A stretch of DNA of 64,000 nucleotides from Cirrosporium novae-zelandiae (Eukaryota). The notes under the pieces are model-generated. The model did not search any database. It saw only the letters and a list, made by a program, of their open reading frames with translations, and had not been told where the DNA came from. The translations under genes and the position numbers were made by a program. The stretch is from positions 124,001-188,000 of the forward strand of contig JAPETS010000015.1 of the NCBI GenBank assembly GCA_026023565.1, read 5' to 3'. Below, in pieces: positions 1-13,247 of the stretch (its first letter is position 1; every line of letters begins with the position of its first letter).

Positions 1-1050
1 CTTCCTGGTTGAAATATTATGGTGTAGGCTTCTACAATATCGAGTTTATGCTAGAATCTGTCTGTGGTCTCTGACGCCTATACCGTGACAAGAGGGAAAG
101 CATTGAATAGTCTCAGAATCTCTCCTTTTTTTTTGGTTCACGCAGGCGAACAAAGAATAATGGTCAGGAATGCTGTAAGGGTTACAAGATTTTAAGAAGA
201 TTTAGATGTTGTAGAAAGGGATAAGGGTCATAGATTTGTATGTCTAATTATTTCCGATAGAATAGAATTTATAGATGATGCTTCAGACAAAGCGAAGATT
301 GGAATAAGTAACAAAGCAATTTTGATCCAAGAGGGTAATATCTATGTGGATATAAAAGTGCTGTGGTATCCCTTCTGGGGTGGTGGTGGTCTCTCGGGCA
401 GGAATTTAGGCCATGGGTGCAGCTAACCCCGCTCAGGCTAGAAAAACGGAAGCAACCGAGCACCGAGCACCTTCGAAGGAGCCCTGACCCATTATTATTA
501 GTGATAGCCTACTACTACTGTAAGTATCGCTTCTCTTTTACATCAGGGTACAGAGAGAGAGAGTGTGTGTGTTAGAGTGAAGAGAGAATAATCCTCTTGA
601 AATCTTGAAATCTTGACATCTTCAAATCTTTGAAATCCTTCAAAAATTTCTGTTGTTTTCCATCTATTTATTATTGTACTTAGTATTCCTATCATCCATT
701 CATCCATCCACTCAACCCCATTCACTCTCCCTAAAACAATTACAACTTTACCTGTACACTCGGCGCCAGATTAGGGATTTGGTTGATCCCAGCGCCCATG
801 GCTGCTTGAAGTCCTATGGCACATCGAAAACCCACTGACATACCTGACTCTTATCCAGAACCGACAAGAAGTGTACCTTCCAGGTAAATTTATCCTTCCT
901 TCCTTCCTGATCTATCCAAAGCCTCTATCCTCTTCCAACCAACTTAGACTCGCCTGTGGTCCAGATATCTCATTTCTGGCCTCCACCTCATCTACTTAAC
1001 ATATCCAATCCGACACGTTACGATCACACCTTTCACAAGAATAGAATCTC

Positions 1051-4000
1051 ATGCCATCCAGAGTCACTCGCTCTGCAGCGAGACTTGCAGCTGAATCTGC
1101 TGCAAACCAAGCTCCGTCAAATCCACCTCCACCACCGCAAGCCCCCCAAACTCGAAAACGTAAAGCCGCCGCTCGTCGAGATCAAAGCCCAGACGAAACA
1201 TTTGGCCCCGCAGAACCAACGTCATCCACTAAGCGGTCCAAGAGACAGAAGACAACGACCCAAGAGCCAAATCCCCCCCCAACAACCGGATCTCGTCGGA
1301 GACGGGCTGCTGCATCAACGGTCATGTCAAGTTCTGCGTATGACTCTTGAATTTGAAGATTTCATCCATCCATCAATTATGCTAACTATCACAAGGCAAT
1401 CTCCGGACCAAGTTGCCGAGCCTACGAATCCTGCTCCAACTCCTTCCAGTTCCTCGAAACGCAAATCTAGTCGGAACAAAAAAACACAAGGTATTCCGTC
1501 ACCCAAAAAGATAAGAGTCACGACCTTAAGCTCACAGTACATAGACACTTCCCCCAGTGCCCCAACATCATCTAAGCGCTACGCAAAGAGGTCGTCGAAG
1601 CGGGATAAAGATGTGGCAATGAAGGATGCTGATGAAAAACAGGAAGAGCCTACAGACAATGGACGGAATGATATACCAGGTGGTGAACCAAGTGAAAGTA
1701 ATGATGGGGATAGCCCAAGGGATTATGACGATGATCTTAGAGATGACCCATTCGGAAGGAGTCTGTTAGGGGGTCCTGGGAGACATGCATCTGGTTTGTC
1801 AAGCACATTGCGTGCTTTGAGTGGCATGATGGCCAGTGCAAGCTCTCGGCTTCGTGATATTCTAAACAATTTGAGACAGAAAGAGGACCCTTCTGTCCAG
1901 CTCATTGCATTAACTGATCTATCAGAGCTACTTCTCATCTCATCAGAAGACAATCTTTCTGGTCAATTCCCGACAGACCAATTCATCAAAGAACTTGTTC
2001 CTTTAATGCAACCAAATGATTTCGGTGAAGAAAATCCAGAAATGATGCTCCTTGCGTGTCGATGCATTGCAAACTTAATGGAGGCTCTACCCTCATCTAC
2101 GACTAACGTCGTATATGGTGGTGCTGTACCTATACTTTGCCAAAAGCTTCTGGAAATCCACTACATTGATCTTGCAGAACAGGCATTGATCACATTGGAG
2201 AAGATTTCAGTCGAATTCCCAGCATCAATTGTTCGTGAAGGTGGTCTCACTGCTTGCCTGACTTATTTGGATTTCTTCGCTACAGCTACTCAACGTACTG
2301 CTGTTACCACCGCCGCCAACTGCTGCAGGAATATCCCGGAGGACTCTTTCCCTGTCATCCGTGATGTTATGCCAATATTGCTCAACGTTCTTGGCTCTAG
2401 CGATCAAAAGGTCGTGGAGAAGGGCTGTCTCTGTGTTTCTGGAATTGTGGACAGTTTCAAGTATCATCCAGATAAGCTCGAGGAGCTAGTTAGCGCAGAA
2501 CTTCTACAAGCAATTCTGCGTTTACTACTTCCTGGGACCACAAACCTCATCGGTCCAAACATTCATACGCAATTCTTAAAAGTTTTAGCTATCATTGCAA
2601 GGGAGAGCCCCCGACTCTCCGTTGAGTTGCTTAAGATGCATGTTGTCGACACTCTTTATCAGATACTCACAGGAGTGTCCCCTCCAGCAATAGCCGATGA
2701 CACTGCAGCTCAGACTGACAGTATGGTTGTAATGCAAGCTTTGATCCATCGTCCCCGAGAACATGTCTTTGAGACATTGAAAGTGGTTTGTGAGCTTTTG
2801 CCAATGCCGAAGACAGGTACTGCAGGAGCAACTGGCGAGTTCTTTGATGCGATTTATCATGGTGACATCTCGACTTATATTACGGGTGGAAAATCTGGAA
2901 AGTCTCCAACAGAGAAGAGGTTGGAACTTTTGAAAGGATGCAAACAGGAATTAAAGCGATTTGCATTGATTCTTCTTCCAACGCTTACAGATGCCTTTTC
3001 CAGCACCGTTAATCTCGAAGTTAGGCAAAAGGTTCTCACCGCACAACTCAAGATGATCTCTAACCTCGATACTGCAATCCTCGAAGACGCTCTCCGTTCG
3101 GTTCCCTATGCATCATTCTTGGCATCCATCCTTTCTCAGCAAGACCACCCAACCTTGGTTATATCAGCACTCCAAATTGCTGAACTACTCCTCAATCGAC
3201 TTGGGGAAATCTATCGTTATCAGTTTTACCGTGAAGGAGTGATCGCTGAAATATCGAAACTTGCCGCCTTACCATCCAAGAAAGCTGAAGAGAAGGCTAA
3301 GGTTAGCAAGGGGACTAATGGGTTTGACAACCTTGCTTCTGATCCTTCCACAATGGCCGACGATCATTCAATGGAGAACCAAGATGGTGAGGATGACGAA
3401 AATGAGGATACCAAGCATGATGAAGATAGTTCGGATGAAGAAGATCGAGATGAAGATCATGATGATGAACCTGATGATGACCAAGATGATATGGCTGAGG
3501 ATATTTCGGGGGCTTCCAGTGAGTCAGATGGGCACTATGATCTTGACATGGATCTAGTTGGGTCTGGTATTCAAGATATAATCATCTCCCGTGCCAAAAG
3601 ATTCTTAGAAACCCACGAAGACTCGAAGAGCCAGCAGTTAAGAGAGAAGGCTGATAAAATTCTGGCTGAATTGCGAGAGGTTGCTAAAGATATTGAAGCT
3701 TGCTATTTTCATGGCGGTAATGGAGATGGTGATCACCTATTCCATCGACTTGCCTCCTATTTCGATGGAGATGCCTTGGATAGCATTACAAGCTTTGAGT
3801 TACTGAACTCAGAGATCATCCGACTTCTTGTGAATGTTTTCACCAATTCTGATGACTACCGGGGTAATGAGGCTAGAACTACTTTCTTAGAGGTATTCAT
3901 GGGCACAACAGTATCAGGCAAGCCTACAGGCATCCTAGGAAAGCCCCAGCCAACCCCTTTTAGCTGCCTAGTCCACAAATTACAAGATTTACTAAGTAGG

Positions 4001-6821
4001 GCAGAGCACTTCGAGGTGGTTACGGTTCATCATAACTCATATGAGAGTAATCGCAGCAGTGCAGCCTCTATGCTTGCTAAGCAACTCCGTCTTAAGCTTG
4101 TTGCCGATGAGGATTCCGACATTCCTCGACCTTATCGCAACATCATGGTCTCGATCCATGCCATTGCTACCTTCAAAGCTCTTGACGATTATCTTCGTCC
4201 ACGAATTAGCCTTTCTGAAAGACCGCGGGCACAGAGACACAGGGACGGGGCATCTAGCGCTGCTTTGGCTGCCTATGCTGCTGCTGTTGGCCTTCCGGAT
4301 CCTCGTAGATTTGCTGAGCGCGGTTTCCTTGGTTCAGAAGATACTACCCTACGTACTCCATCCGGAAATCCCTCTACCGGTCGAGATTCAAGGAATGCTG
4401 CCCGCACGAGGAATGCTGCCTCTGAACCGTCAACCAGGCCAAGTTCAGAAAATAAAAAGGAGAAACCAGCCACACGTCGTTCTACTCGTCGACATATGGC
4501 TCAAACAGAGGCTGTCCCAGCCGCGGCGCCAGCAAGACCAGGCAACGAGACTCCTGCACCTCAACTCGAGTGTGCAGATGAAAGGCAACTTACTGATGAG
4601 GACAATATGGATGACGATGAGCATATGGATGCTATTGTTGATGACCTTGAAGACGACCTTGATGATGAGGACATGGAAGATCCGTCTGCTGTCAACGTAG
4701 AAGTAGCTTCAACGGGAAAGATTACGGCCCGAAAGGAGGATGGGACAAGGGTTGCAACACCACAATCCACTACACCTTTGAGCCGGCCCCCTCCAGTGGC
4801 TGCTTCTTCGACACCCCCGGTTCCTGCAGGACTATCACACAGGCATTTATCTTATGCAGCAGCAGCAATGCAAGCAATCCCTCAAGATTGGCATATTGAA
4901 TTTAGCATTGACGATAAGCCTATTCCAAACTCTACGACCATCTACAGATCAGTTCACCATAATAGGTCGATACCGGAGGACGGCTCGAACAGAACCCTCT
5001 GGTCGGCAATCCACTCCATTAAATTCCGTCGTGTTCCTGGACCACCCCCCCCTGAGCCATCAGCCGTCTCCAAGGCACCTGGTATAACTGCCGAAAACAC
5101 TGCCTCTGGTATGCCCCTATCTTTAGATCGCAATCCAATGACATCTGCAATTCTTCGTCTTTTAAGCATCCTCCATGAGTTGAATGCCAACATCGAGGAC
5201 GTCCTTGCGGAAAATAGGGGTGCGGTTCAATTGACACCCGAGCCTGTTGCCCAGTTCGTGAATACGAAGCTAACAGCAAAACTTAACCGACAACTGGAAG
5301 AGCCATTGATTGTAGCAAGCGCTTGTCTCCCGACTTGGAGTGAAGATTTAGCTCGGTTGTTCCCATTCTTGTTCCCCTTCGAGACGAGACATCTATTTTT
5401 ACAATCGACGTCATTCGGCTACTCTCGTTCCATGATGAGGTGGCAAGGAGCTCAACAGGACGCTGCTCGAGACCGTCATCGGGATGAGCGACCATTCCTG
5501 GGAAGGCTCCAACGCCAGAAAGTTCGAATCTCAAGGACAAGGATTCTAGAATCAGCGATCAAGGTGATGGAACTCTATGGCGCTTCCCCGAGTGTTCTGG
5601 AGGTTGAGTACTTTGAGGAAGTCGGTACTGGACTTGGGCCTACTCTCGAATTCTACTCTACTATATCTAAAGAATTCTCTAAGAAGAAACTCAAGATGTG
5701 GAGGGAGAATGATTCTCAGGATCAGGATGAATATGCGTTTGGAAAGCTTGGCTTATTCCCGGCCCCCATGAGCGAGGACCAAGCAACTCATGAAAATGGC
5801 AAGAAAATTCTTCACCTTTTCAAGATGCTGGGTAAATTTGTGGCAAGGTCTATGCTAGATTCAAGAATTATTGACGTCTCTTTTAACCCAACCTTCTTCC
5901 GCATTGGTGATGGTACATCTGCAGTCAAGCCGTCTATGGGTGCAGTTAAAACCGTTGATGGCTCACTTGCACGCTCGCTCAAGATCATAAAACAATATTC
6001 TATTTCCAAAAAGAAGATCGAAGAGGACCCATCGTTAACACCAGCTGAAAAGGTTAAGGTTTGCCATAACATCCAGGTCAATGGTGCTCATGTTGAAGAT
6101 ATGGGCCTTGATTTTACTCTTCCTGGATATCCTTCAATTGAGTTGATTGTCAATGGGTCCAATATTTCTGTAACTATCGATAATGTCGACCTCTATGTCG
6201 AAAAGGTTATCGATTATACCCTTGGCAGCGGAGTTCGACGGCAGATAGATGCTTTTAGGGAAGGATTCTCACAAGTCTTCCCTTACTCTGCCCTCCGAGC
6301 CTTTACTCCACATGAACTGGTCATGCTCTTTGGACGTATAGAAGAAGATTGGACCATCGAGAGTAAGTTTTCTGATTGTTGTTTCGTTAATATAATGGCT
6401 AACACGTTCTTTTCAGCATTGACGGATTCAATCAAGGCCGACCATGGCTTTAACATGGACAGCAAAAGTGTCCGTAACTTACTTCAAACCATGAGTGAAC
6501 TATCTGTTCCAGAAAGACGAGACTTCCTTCAATTTATCACAGGAAGTCCGAAGCTTCCTATTGGAGGTTTGTTTCCCCTTTTCGTCGTTTTTCTCCATAT
6601 TCCATTATTAATTATATTTTATAGGTTTCAAGAGCCTCACTCCTATGTTTACCGTAGTCTGCAAGCCCAGCGAACCACCTTATACGTCAGACGACTACCT
6701 CCCCAGCGTCATGACTTGTGTCAACTACCTCAAATTGCCTGATTACAGCAACCTCAACGTTCTTCGTCAAAAGCTAACAGTTGCTATTCATGAAGGGCAA
6801 GGTGCATTCCACCTTTCTTAA
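1051..6821 (+). CDS. UFD4: HECT E3 ubiquitin ligase, Ufd4/TRIP12 family (ARM repeats + C-terminal HECT)
   Basis: Exons 1051-1337, 1396-6362, 6417-6566, 6625-6821; GT-AG introns keep the frame. Motifs [50 protein letters not shown], and the catalytic [17 protein letters not shown]...GAFHLS*. Confidence 0.95.
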
Positions 6822-7830
6822 GTCCTTGTATCGAGTGCTATCATAATTACGGCCTTTACCATTGCATATGAAGTTACGACTTTGCAGGCGGGAATGTGAT
6901 TGTGCTTCAGCTTAGCAATGGATTGGCGTTCCACACTCAGCCCCCGGATAGGCGGACGATCAATTTAAGCTTCTCATGTTCCTTTCGCTCTTTTCCCCCG
7001 AGGTTCTACGTCGAGTCTAGTATGGAGAGCGGAGGGACGGATATGGCAGGGATATGAAGATGGAGTCTTCCTACGCACATGAGGAACTATGGTTTCCTTT
7101 TTGCATTTCACCCTCCTTTTAACTGTTGTAGCTAGCTAGACATGGGGCAAAATATGGCTCCGCCCAGTATGAACACAGCAATCCCAAGGCGTGTCGAGGG
7201 TGACCTGGAATTGACGGTACTTTTTGAAAGGTGTGACATGGAGTGAGTGGAGTTTATTTGAAGCAATATTACCACTGCTGGGAAAGAAGCTTGGGCAAAT
7301 AGTTAATATTATAGGAGTCTTAAATAATTGATGGCCTGTAGACTTAAGTGAGTTAGTGTTGCTTGTGCGGTTAAGTGGGAAGTCCCTTGCAATGTCAGAG
7401 TGCCAAACACAGGTTGAAGCCAAAGTCAGAATAAGAATAATGTGAAATAAAATCAATGTGATTGGGTTGTATTTATATATTATTTAGATATGTCAGTTCC
7501 ATCAAGCTCCAACTGGTGGGGACAAGCACGTGCCTAGCCCCTTGGCGCCACTAATGCCCCAGAAATAAGCTTAACAGGGGGCTGAAACCTTGAAATGCCT
7601 TAGCAAATCGGCTGCCACGTATCCGAAAGCTCCTTCAGATGAACCAACAGAGATATTTTGAGGCCTCTTTTAGACGCCCATTTCTCGTGCCTTATTCCTC
7701 TTCCCCTATTCTATTACTAATTCTTCTTCATCGTGGCTTTGTTCAAATAGCAGGGCTATTTTTCTAAAGCAGTGCTTTACAATAAGAAAACAAGCAAGGT
7801 TTTGGTTATTGGCGCATTACAATTGTTATT

Positions 7831-9212
7831 ATGGCTTCTGAACCCCTTCCAAAAAATGAGAGGAGACAAATTCTCAAAGTCCTGTTTATTTCTCTTCTTC
7901 TTGATTTAGTATGCACCTTCCCACAGATCTACTCTACATCGAACACAAGAAAACTAATTACCAATCTCCAACACAGATCTCCTTCACCTTCATCTTACCC
8001 CTCTTCCCCTCCCTTCTTTCCTTCTACCGCACCACCGAAACCTCCGAAACTTCTCTCCTCCCCCATATATTCTCCACCCTCAACGCCTATAAACAATCCT
8101 TCTCTCGTCCCATTAACGACCGATACGACGTTACTCTCCTGGGCGGTGCTCTCGGGTCTCTCTTTTCCCTCCTTCAAGCCTTCGCTTCCCCCATTATCGG
8201 AACCCTTTCCGATAAACATGGCCGCAGAACCGCTCTCCTCTGGTCGATGGCTGGGAACATTGCATCTGTCGCCCTATGGGTAGCGGCATCGGACTTCAAG
8301 ACATTTCTAGCAAGCCGCATTGTCGGGGGTCTAAGCGAGGGGAACGTGCAGCTGGCGACTAGTATAGCAGCAGATATAAGTGACGAAAAACAGCGAGGAG
8401 CAACCATGGCGCTTGTAGGCGCATGTTTCTCCATCGCGTTCACCTTCGGGCCCGCTTTGGGAGCCTACTTATCTACGATTCCGACGATCAAAGCGAACCC
8501 CTTCGCTACGGCGGCGGGATTTTCGTTGCTCCTCATTGTCACTGAAACAGTCTACCTGTACTTCTGCCTACCCGAAACGCGGCCAACTTCTTCAGACCCA
8601 TCCTCTTCCACCGTCAAAAAACCTTCCAAGCCCACCAAGCAAACAAACTCCCACTTCCTCCTCAACACCATTCACCTACTCTTCATCTTCTTCTTCTCCG
8701 GTATGGAATTTTCCCTCCCCTTCCTAACCTACGACCTCTTCTCCTTCTCCGCCCCCGAAAACGGCCGCCTTCTAGGTTACATGGGTCTCATCTCCTCCCT
8801 CCTACAAGGCGGTCTCGTTCGTCGCATGCAGCCCCTCCGTGCCATTCAAGTAGGTGTCCTCTCCTGCGCCATTAGCTTCTTCATGCTGGGGAGCCTACAG
8901 AGTCAGAAGATGCTCTACGTTGCGGCGACGTTGTTATCGATCGTGACGGCGACGGTGGTAACTGGGCTACGGAGTCTAAGTAGTTTTGAGGCAGGCGAGG
9001 GGGAGAGGGGAGAGAAATTGGGGGCGCATAGAAGTTGGGGACAGGTTGGGAGAGCGCTGGGGCCACTCGCATTCTGTACGCTATACTGGTGGGCTGGTCG
9101 TGAAATGTCGTATAATGTTGGCGCGGTTGGGGTGTTGATTGTGTGTGGGTTGGTATTTGGAGGGTTGAAGATGCCAGCTACTCCATTTGATACGGAAAAG
9201 AAAGGTCAATGA
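7831..9212 (+). CDS. Major facilitator superfamily transporter (tetracycline-resistance/MFSD10-like)
   Basis: Exon 1 7831-7908, intron 7909-7976, exon 2 7977-9212, joined as ISLLLDL|ISFTFILPLFP. MFS motif A GTLSDKHGRR, then SRIVGGLSEGNVQLA and FTFGPALG; many hydrophobic helices. Confidence 0.9.
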
Positions 9213-10079
9213 TGGAAAAAGGGAGGAGCATATGAGCAAAAACGTGTGCATGTAAATGTGTAAATAGTATAATATTATCGTAAAGTTGTTTCCGGTATAT
9301 GTAATTACCGGAGGTCGCAATAACTAGTTTCCGAGTCTTGGCTTAAAGTATTTCCGTTGAGGGTCACGAGGGTTTCAACTTCCTCCATCAGATCAGATGG
9401 CTTTCTTTTGCTTCTTTGCTTCCTTGACATCCCTGACACCCACAACGACCCCACAACGACACCCTTACCTTTACCCTTTACCCTTCTTCCTTGAATACTT
9501 GGATACCTTCCCACCCGCACCTTTCCTACTTCCAATTCTCTTCATCTGTTTCGTCATTTTTAATGTGGCTGGCATCCATCTCCAAGCCAATGGTGCTACA
9601 AAACGTCATTTTACTGCATGCTTTCTCTGCCCCTCCTACTTTTGTACAAGCAAATAAAAGCACTTCATGGCATTGAAAGGATTAATCCTTCAGAGCATAT
9701 AGGCTCTTACAGGTTTTATTTGTCAATCCCTCTCCCGTCATGGAAACTATCATGAGGCTGGGAGTCCAGGAAGTTTGAGCCACCATTATTTTTCTATTTA
9801 CTCTTACCACCGTCTACTTCTTCCACTTTTTTTCTATTTTCCTCTCTTTTCTTTTCATGTTCTTCGCTGTTTTCAAAGCATTTGCGGTCGCATCTATCCG
9901 CATCAGGGGAGTTGACCATCTTGTTTGATCTGCCATTAATATTTAATTGAAGAGGACCAACCTCTCAATTCTTTGACCCAACTTGTTCCGATAATCACCG
10001 AGAGCTGAATCTTTCACCAACATTATTAACCGCACGGCTCAAAAAGGCTCACTTCTGCCGCCCGTTAAACCTCCGTAAA

Positions 10080-10917
10080 ATGCCCATTCCTTCAGAAAAG
10101 GAGGCCTCTCACCTCCAACAGAAACCTGTTTATGAGTATGCAAGCCACTTCTCCCCAAACCCCTTGAAAGTTATTTCTTACCGAAAGCTAATCCCACCTG
10201 CCAATCTTCAGACTCCTCTCCCATTCCCTCGTAGACATCTATGTCGGCCCCCAGAACACGTCCTTTACTCTCCACGAAAAATTGCTCTGCCACTACTCCC
10301 CCTTCTTCACGTCCCATTTTTACACCTCGGCTAATCGCTCCTCCACTAAAACACCCTCCTATGGTCTCCCCGATGAAGAAGAAGAGCCCTTCATTCTACT
10401 TGTTGGATGGCTCTACTCCCAATCCCTCCCTCAACCAAACGAGGAAGGAGACGTCGGCAAACTTCTAGATGTGTACCTCCTTGCCGACAAATTCGAAATG
10501 ACCCTCCTTGCCGATGAAGTAGTCGAAGTTGTCCGCGCGTTCTACCACTCCCAGAATTCTTATCCAGGTCTTCGAAGAGTCCAATACATTTATGCCAATA
10601 CCTCTGAAGACAATCGCATGCGCGAAATGATGGTTTCCTCTATTGCTCGCTTCCTTACTCTTTCCGAGGCTATCCCGGCTCATTGGGAACGGGCTCTTCG
10701 TAAGAACGCACAGTTAGCCGTTGATATCATTCGTGCAATTCAAGAATGGCATCTCGAGTCACGGACCGTACCTGATCCTAGAGATGGGAGCATTGGATTT
10801 GCAAGTATACATGAGGATGAAGAAGGGAGCAGCTTTGTTAGTGTAAGTGGTGCTGAGAGTTTAGGGGAGAAAGTGGAAAGCGATGGGGGTGTGACACCAA
10901 TGGTTAATGGAGATTGA
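10080..10917 (+). CDS. BTB/POZ domain protein
   Basis: Exon 10080-10135, intron 10136-10211. Spliced product YELLSHSLVDIYVGPQNTSFTLHEKLLCHYSPFF...LPDEEEEPFILLVGWLY...LLDVYLLADKF is the typical fungal BTB pattern. Confidence 0.85.
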
Positions 10918-11552
10918 GCCATAGAGACGGGGAAAGCTCTAAGCTCTATGCTCTACGCCTATGGATGGGGCGTGGAAGATTTGTGCATCACATCTATGTT
11001 TTCCGGGTTCTCGTTGTTTTTTTCTACTTTTCTTTTTGAAGGGGTAATAAAAATAGCAAGATTGCTATCTCTTTTTTTTTTCATATTTGCCATTGTCTCA
11101 CTTTTCGACGTTGTGCTTCGGCTCGGGTATTTTCCTGGAGTTCTTTTTCTAGTGCATACGGACGGTTATGCTCGCTACGTTTTGCGTGAAATGTTTTTAG
11201 TACCAGGTTACGTGGCACTTCTTTGGCTATACGTGTATGATAATAATGATATGCATCAATTGACGGACTATTACCATAGTAAAACATGACCTTATCCACT
11301 TCCTCCCTGGTTTGATGTAGTTTAATCAGATAGATCCAACCAACAGCCCTACAAAAATTAGCGTTAAATGTGGAGGATCTGCTCTACAGCAGTACGCCCA
11401 GGCATGCACGGCCCACTCTAAATGATGAGGGCGGGGAAAGGAAAGTTCAGCCATCTCCAGCCTCGGGTCCATGATTGTGTATACAACAGTCATCAACCAA
11501 CCCAAAAGTGAATTATTTACACAATAGAACACCAAGATAGAAAAAAAGAGAA

Positions 11553-12906
11553 ATGCCACATACACAAGAACAGGAACAACAGCATTTGGAAGCAAAACAA
11601 AAAGCAAGAGCAGCTATCGAGTCAATCTTTGACCGGTCAGTATCATCATAAATGGCATTCCCTCGAAACTCCTTCAAAACCTCCCCCCGCTGATCATAAT
11701 GAATATTTATACCTTAAAAAAGATACCACAAATACGAATCCGTTTCCAAATTCGAGGTGCCCTCATCCCTTTCCCTTCTCTCTCTCTCTCTCTCTCTCTA
11801 AACAATAATCACACCATAAATTAACAATGAAACCTCCCTTCTTCTTTCTAGGCATTCGATCATAAGTTAATGAATTCGGTCCAATTGATCGATGCGGGAC
11901 CGGGTGGGAGGTGCGAAATTGAATTTACGCCTGGGAGGCAGTATGCTAATCTTAATGGTATGTAACGTAATGTATTGAGAGATATAAGATGATTTATTTT
12001 TTCTTTTGATGCCTTTTTTTATTATTATTGATTTATCACAGTTGTGCTTGTACCGTACACTGTGTGCTACTGTATAGTATTGTGGACGCACCCTCCTTTT
12101 TTTACCTCTTCTTTCATCTGGAACACAAGCCTTCCTTCCTCAACAAAATCCAATTTTTATATATCTATATATTTCATGAAATAGGTCCATACGCGCACCC
12201 AATCCCAATTAACTAATTGACATGATGGGTGGTTAATTGATTGATTGAACCCCTATATATAGGCGTCATCCACGGTGGCGCATGCGCCCTCTTCTTCGAT
12301 ATGTGCACCACGATTGCGCTGGGACCGGTGGCTAGGCCTGGGTATTGGGAGTAAGTCAGTCAGTCCGTTTTTCAAAGACGCTCTTTCTCTTTATTTCTCT
12401 TTCTATTAGTTAAGCAGCACAACCCAACATTCGTTACTGAGATTTTTTAAAGTTATCTATTTTGTTCTTTATTGAGTTGTTTAGTAGAGAGGGTGTTGAG
12501 AAATTATGTGCTCTTCTTCTTCCTCTTCTTACCACTATTACTACTACTACTGCTACTACTACTACTAACATTAACCCCATCCATCCAGCTTTCTAGGCGG
12601 TGTAACCCGTATCTTGTCAATCTCATACCTAAAACCCATCCCCGTCGGTACGTACCCCTTACCCCCCTCCCCCCCTTTCCCTTCCCCTTCTCCTTCCCCA
12701 TTCCCACCAAATAACCAAAACCAAAAACAGAAACCCCCCTCCGTATCCATTCCACCGTCATTCAACACGGTCGCACATGTGCTCTGATTCAGGGAAAAAT
12801 CTCAAGTGTTGATGGGGGAACGGTGTATGCGACTTGTGAGCATCATAAGATTAATACCCCGACTAGGAGGGAGCATTTGGGTGAAGGGGTGAGGGGGAAG
12901 TTGTAG
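11553..12906 (+). CDS. PaaI/THEM2-like hotdog-fold acyl-CoA thioesterase, C-terminal GKL (PTS1-like)
   Basis: Not in the ORF track. Six exons 11553-11635, 11723-11756, 11852-11957, 12263-12350, 12589-12647, 12731-12906 splice in frame. Product MPHTQEQ...AFDHKLMNSVQLIDA...YANLNGVIHGGACALFFDMCTT...FLGGVTRILSISYLKPIP...YATCEHHKIN...RGKL* carries the NxxGxxHGG-D motif. Confidence 0.88.
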
Positions 12907-13247
12907 GTGGGTGGATTGGGTTGGGTAGGGGGGGTTGAGAAGATGGGGTTTTGATCTATATATGCATGCATGTGTTTGACTGAAATAGTTAGCTAGTTGA
13001 TCGATTGTCGATTAGAAATGGAAATGATTAGAATAACTTAATTACTTATTGTTACATATACATATATTGTATATATATAATAAAAAAAACAGAAGTGTTC
13101 CCTCCATATAAAAATATTGCTTTGCTGGTTTGATTGTTTTGTTCCCCATGGTCCTTGCCTTTGCCTTGCCTTGCCTTTCCCTTTGCCCATATATACCTAC
13201 CATTATTCCATCATATCATGCAAATACTGTGTAATAATCCTTCTTTT

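Noticed and set aside
9305..9676. Short overlapping ORFs between the MFS and BTB genes
   Set aside because: No frame gives a coherent or recognisable protein; could be decayed sequence but unsupported.
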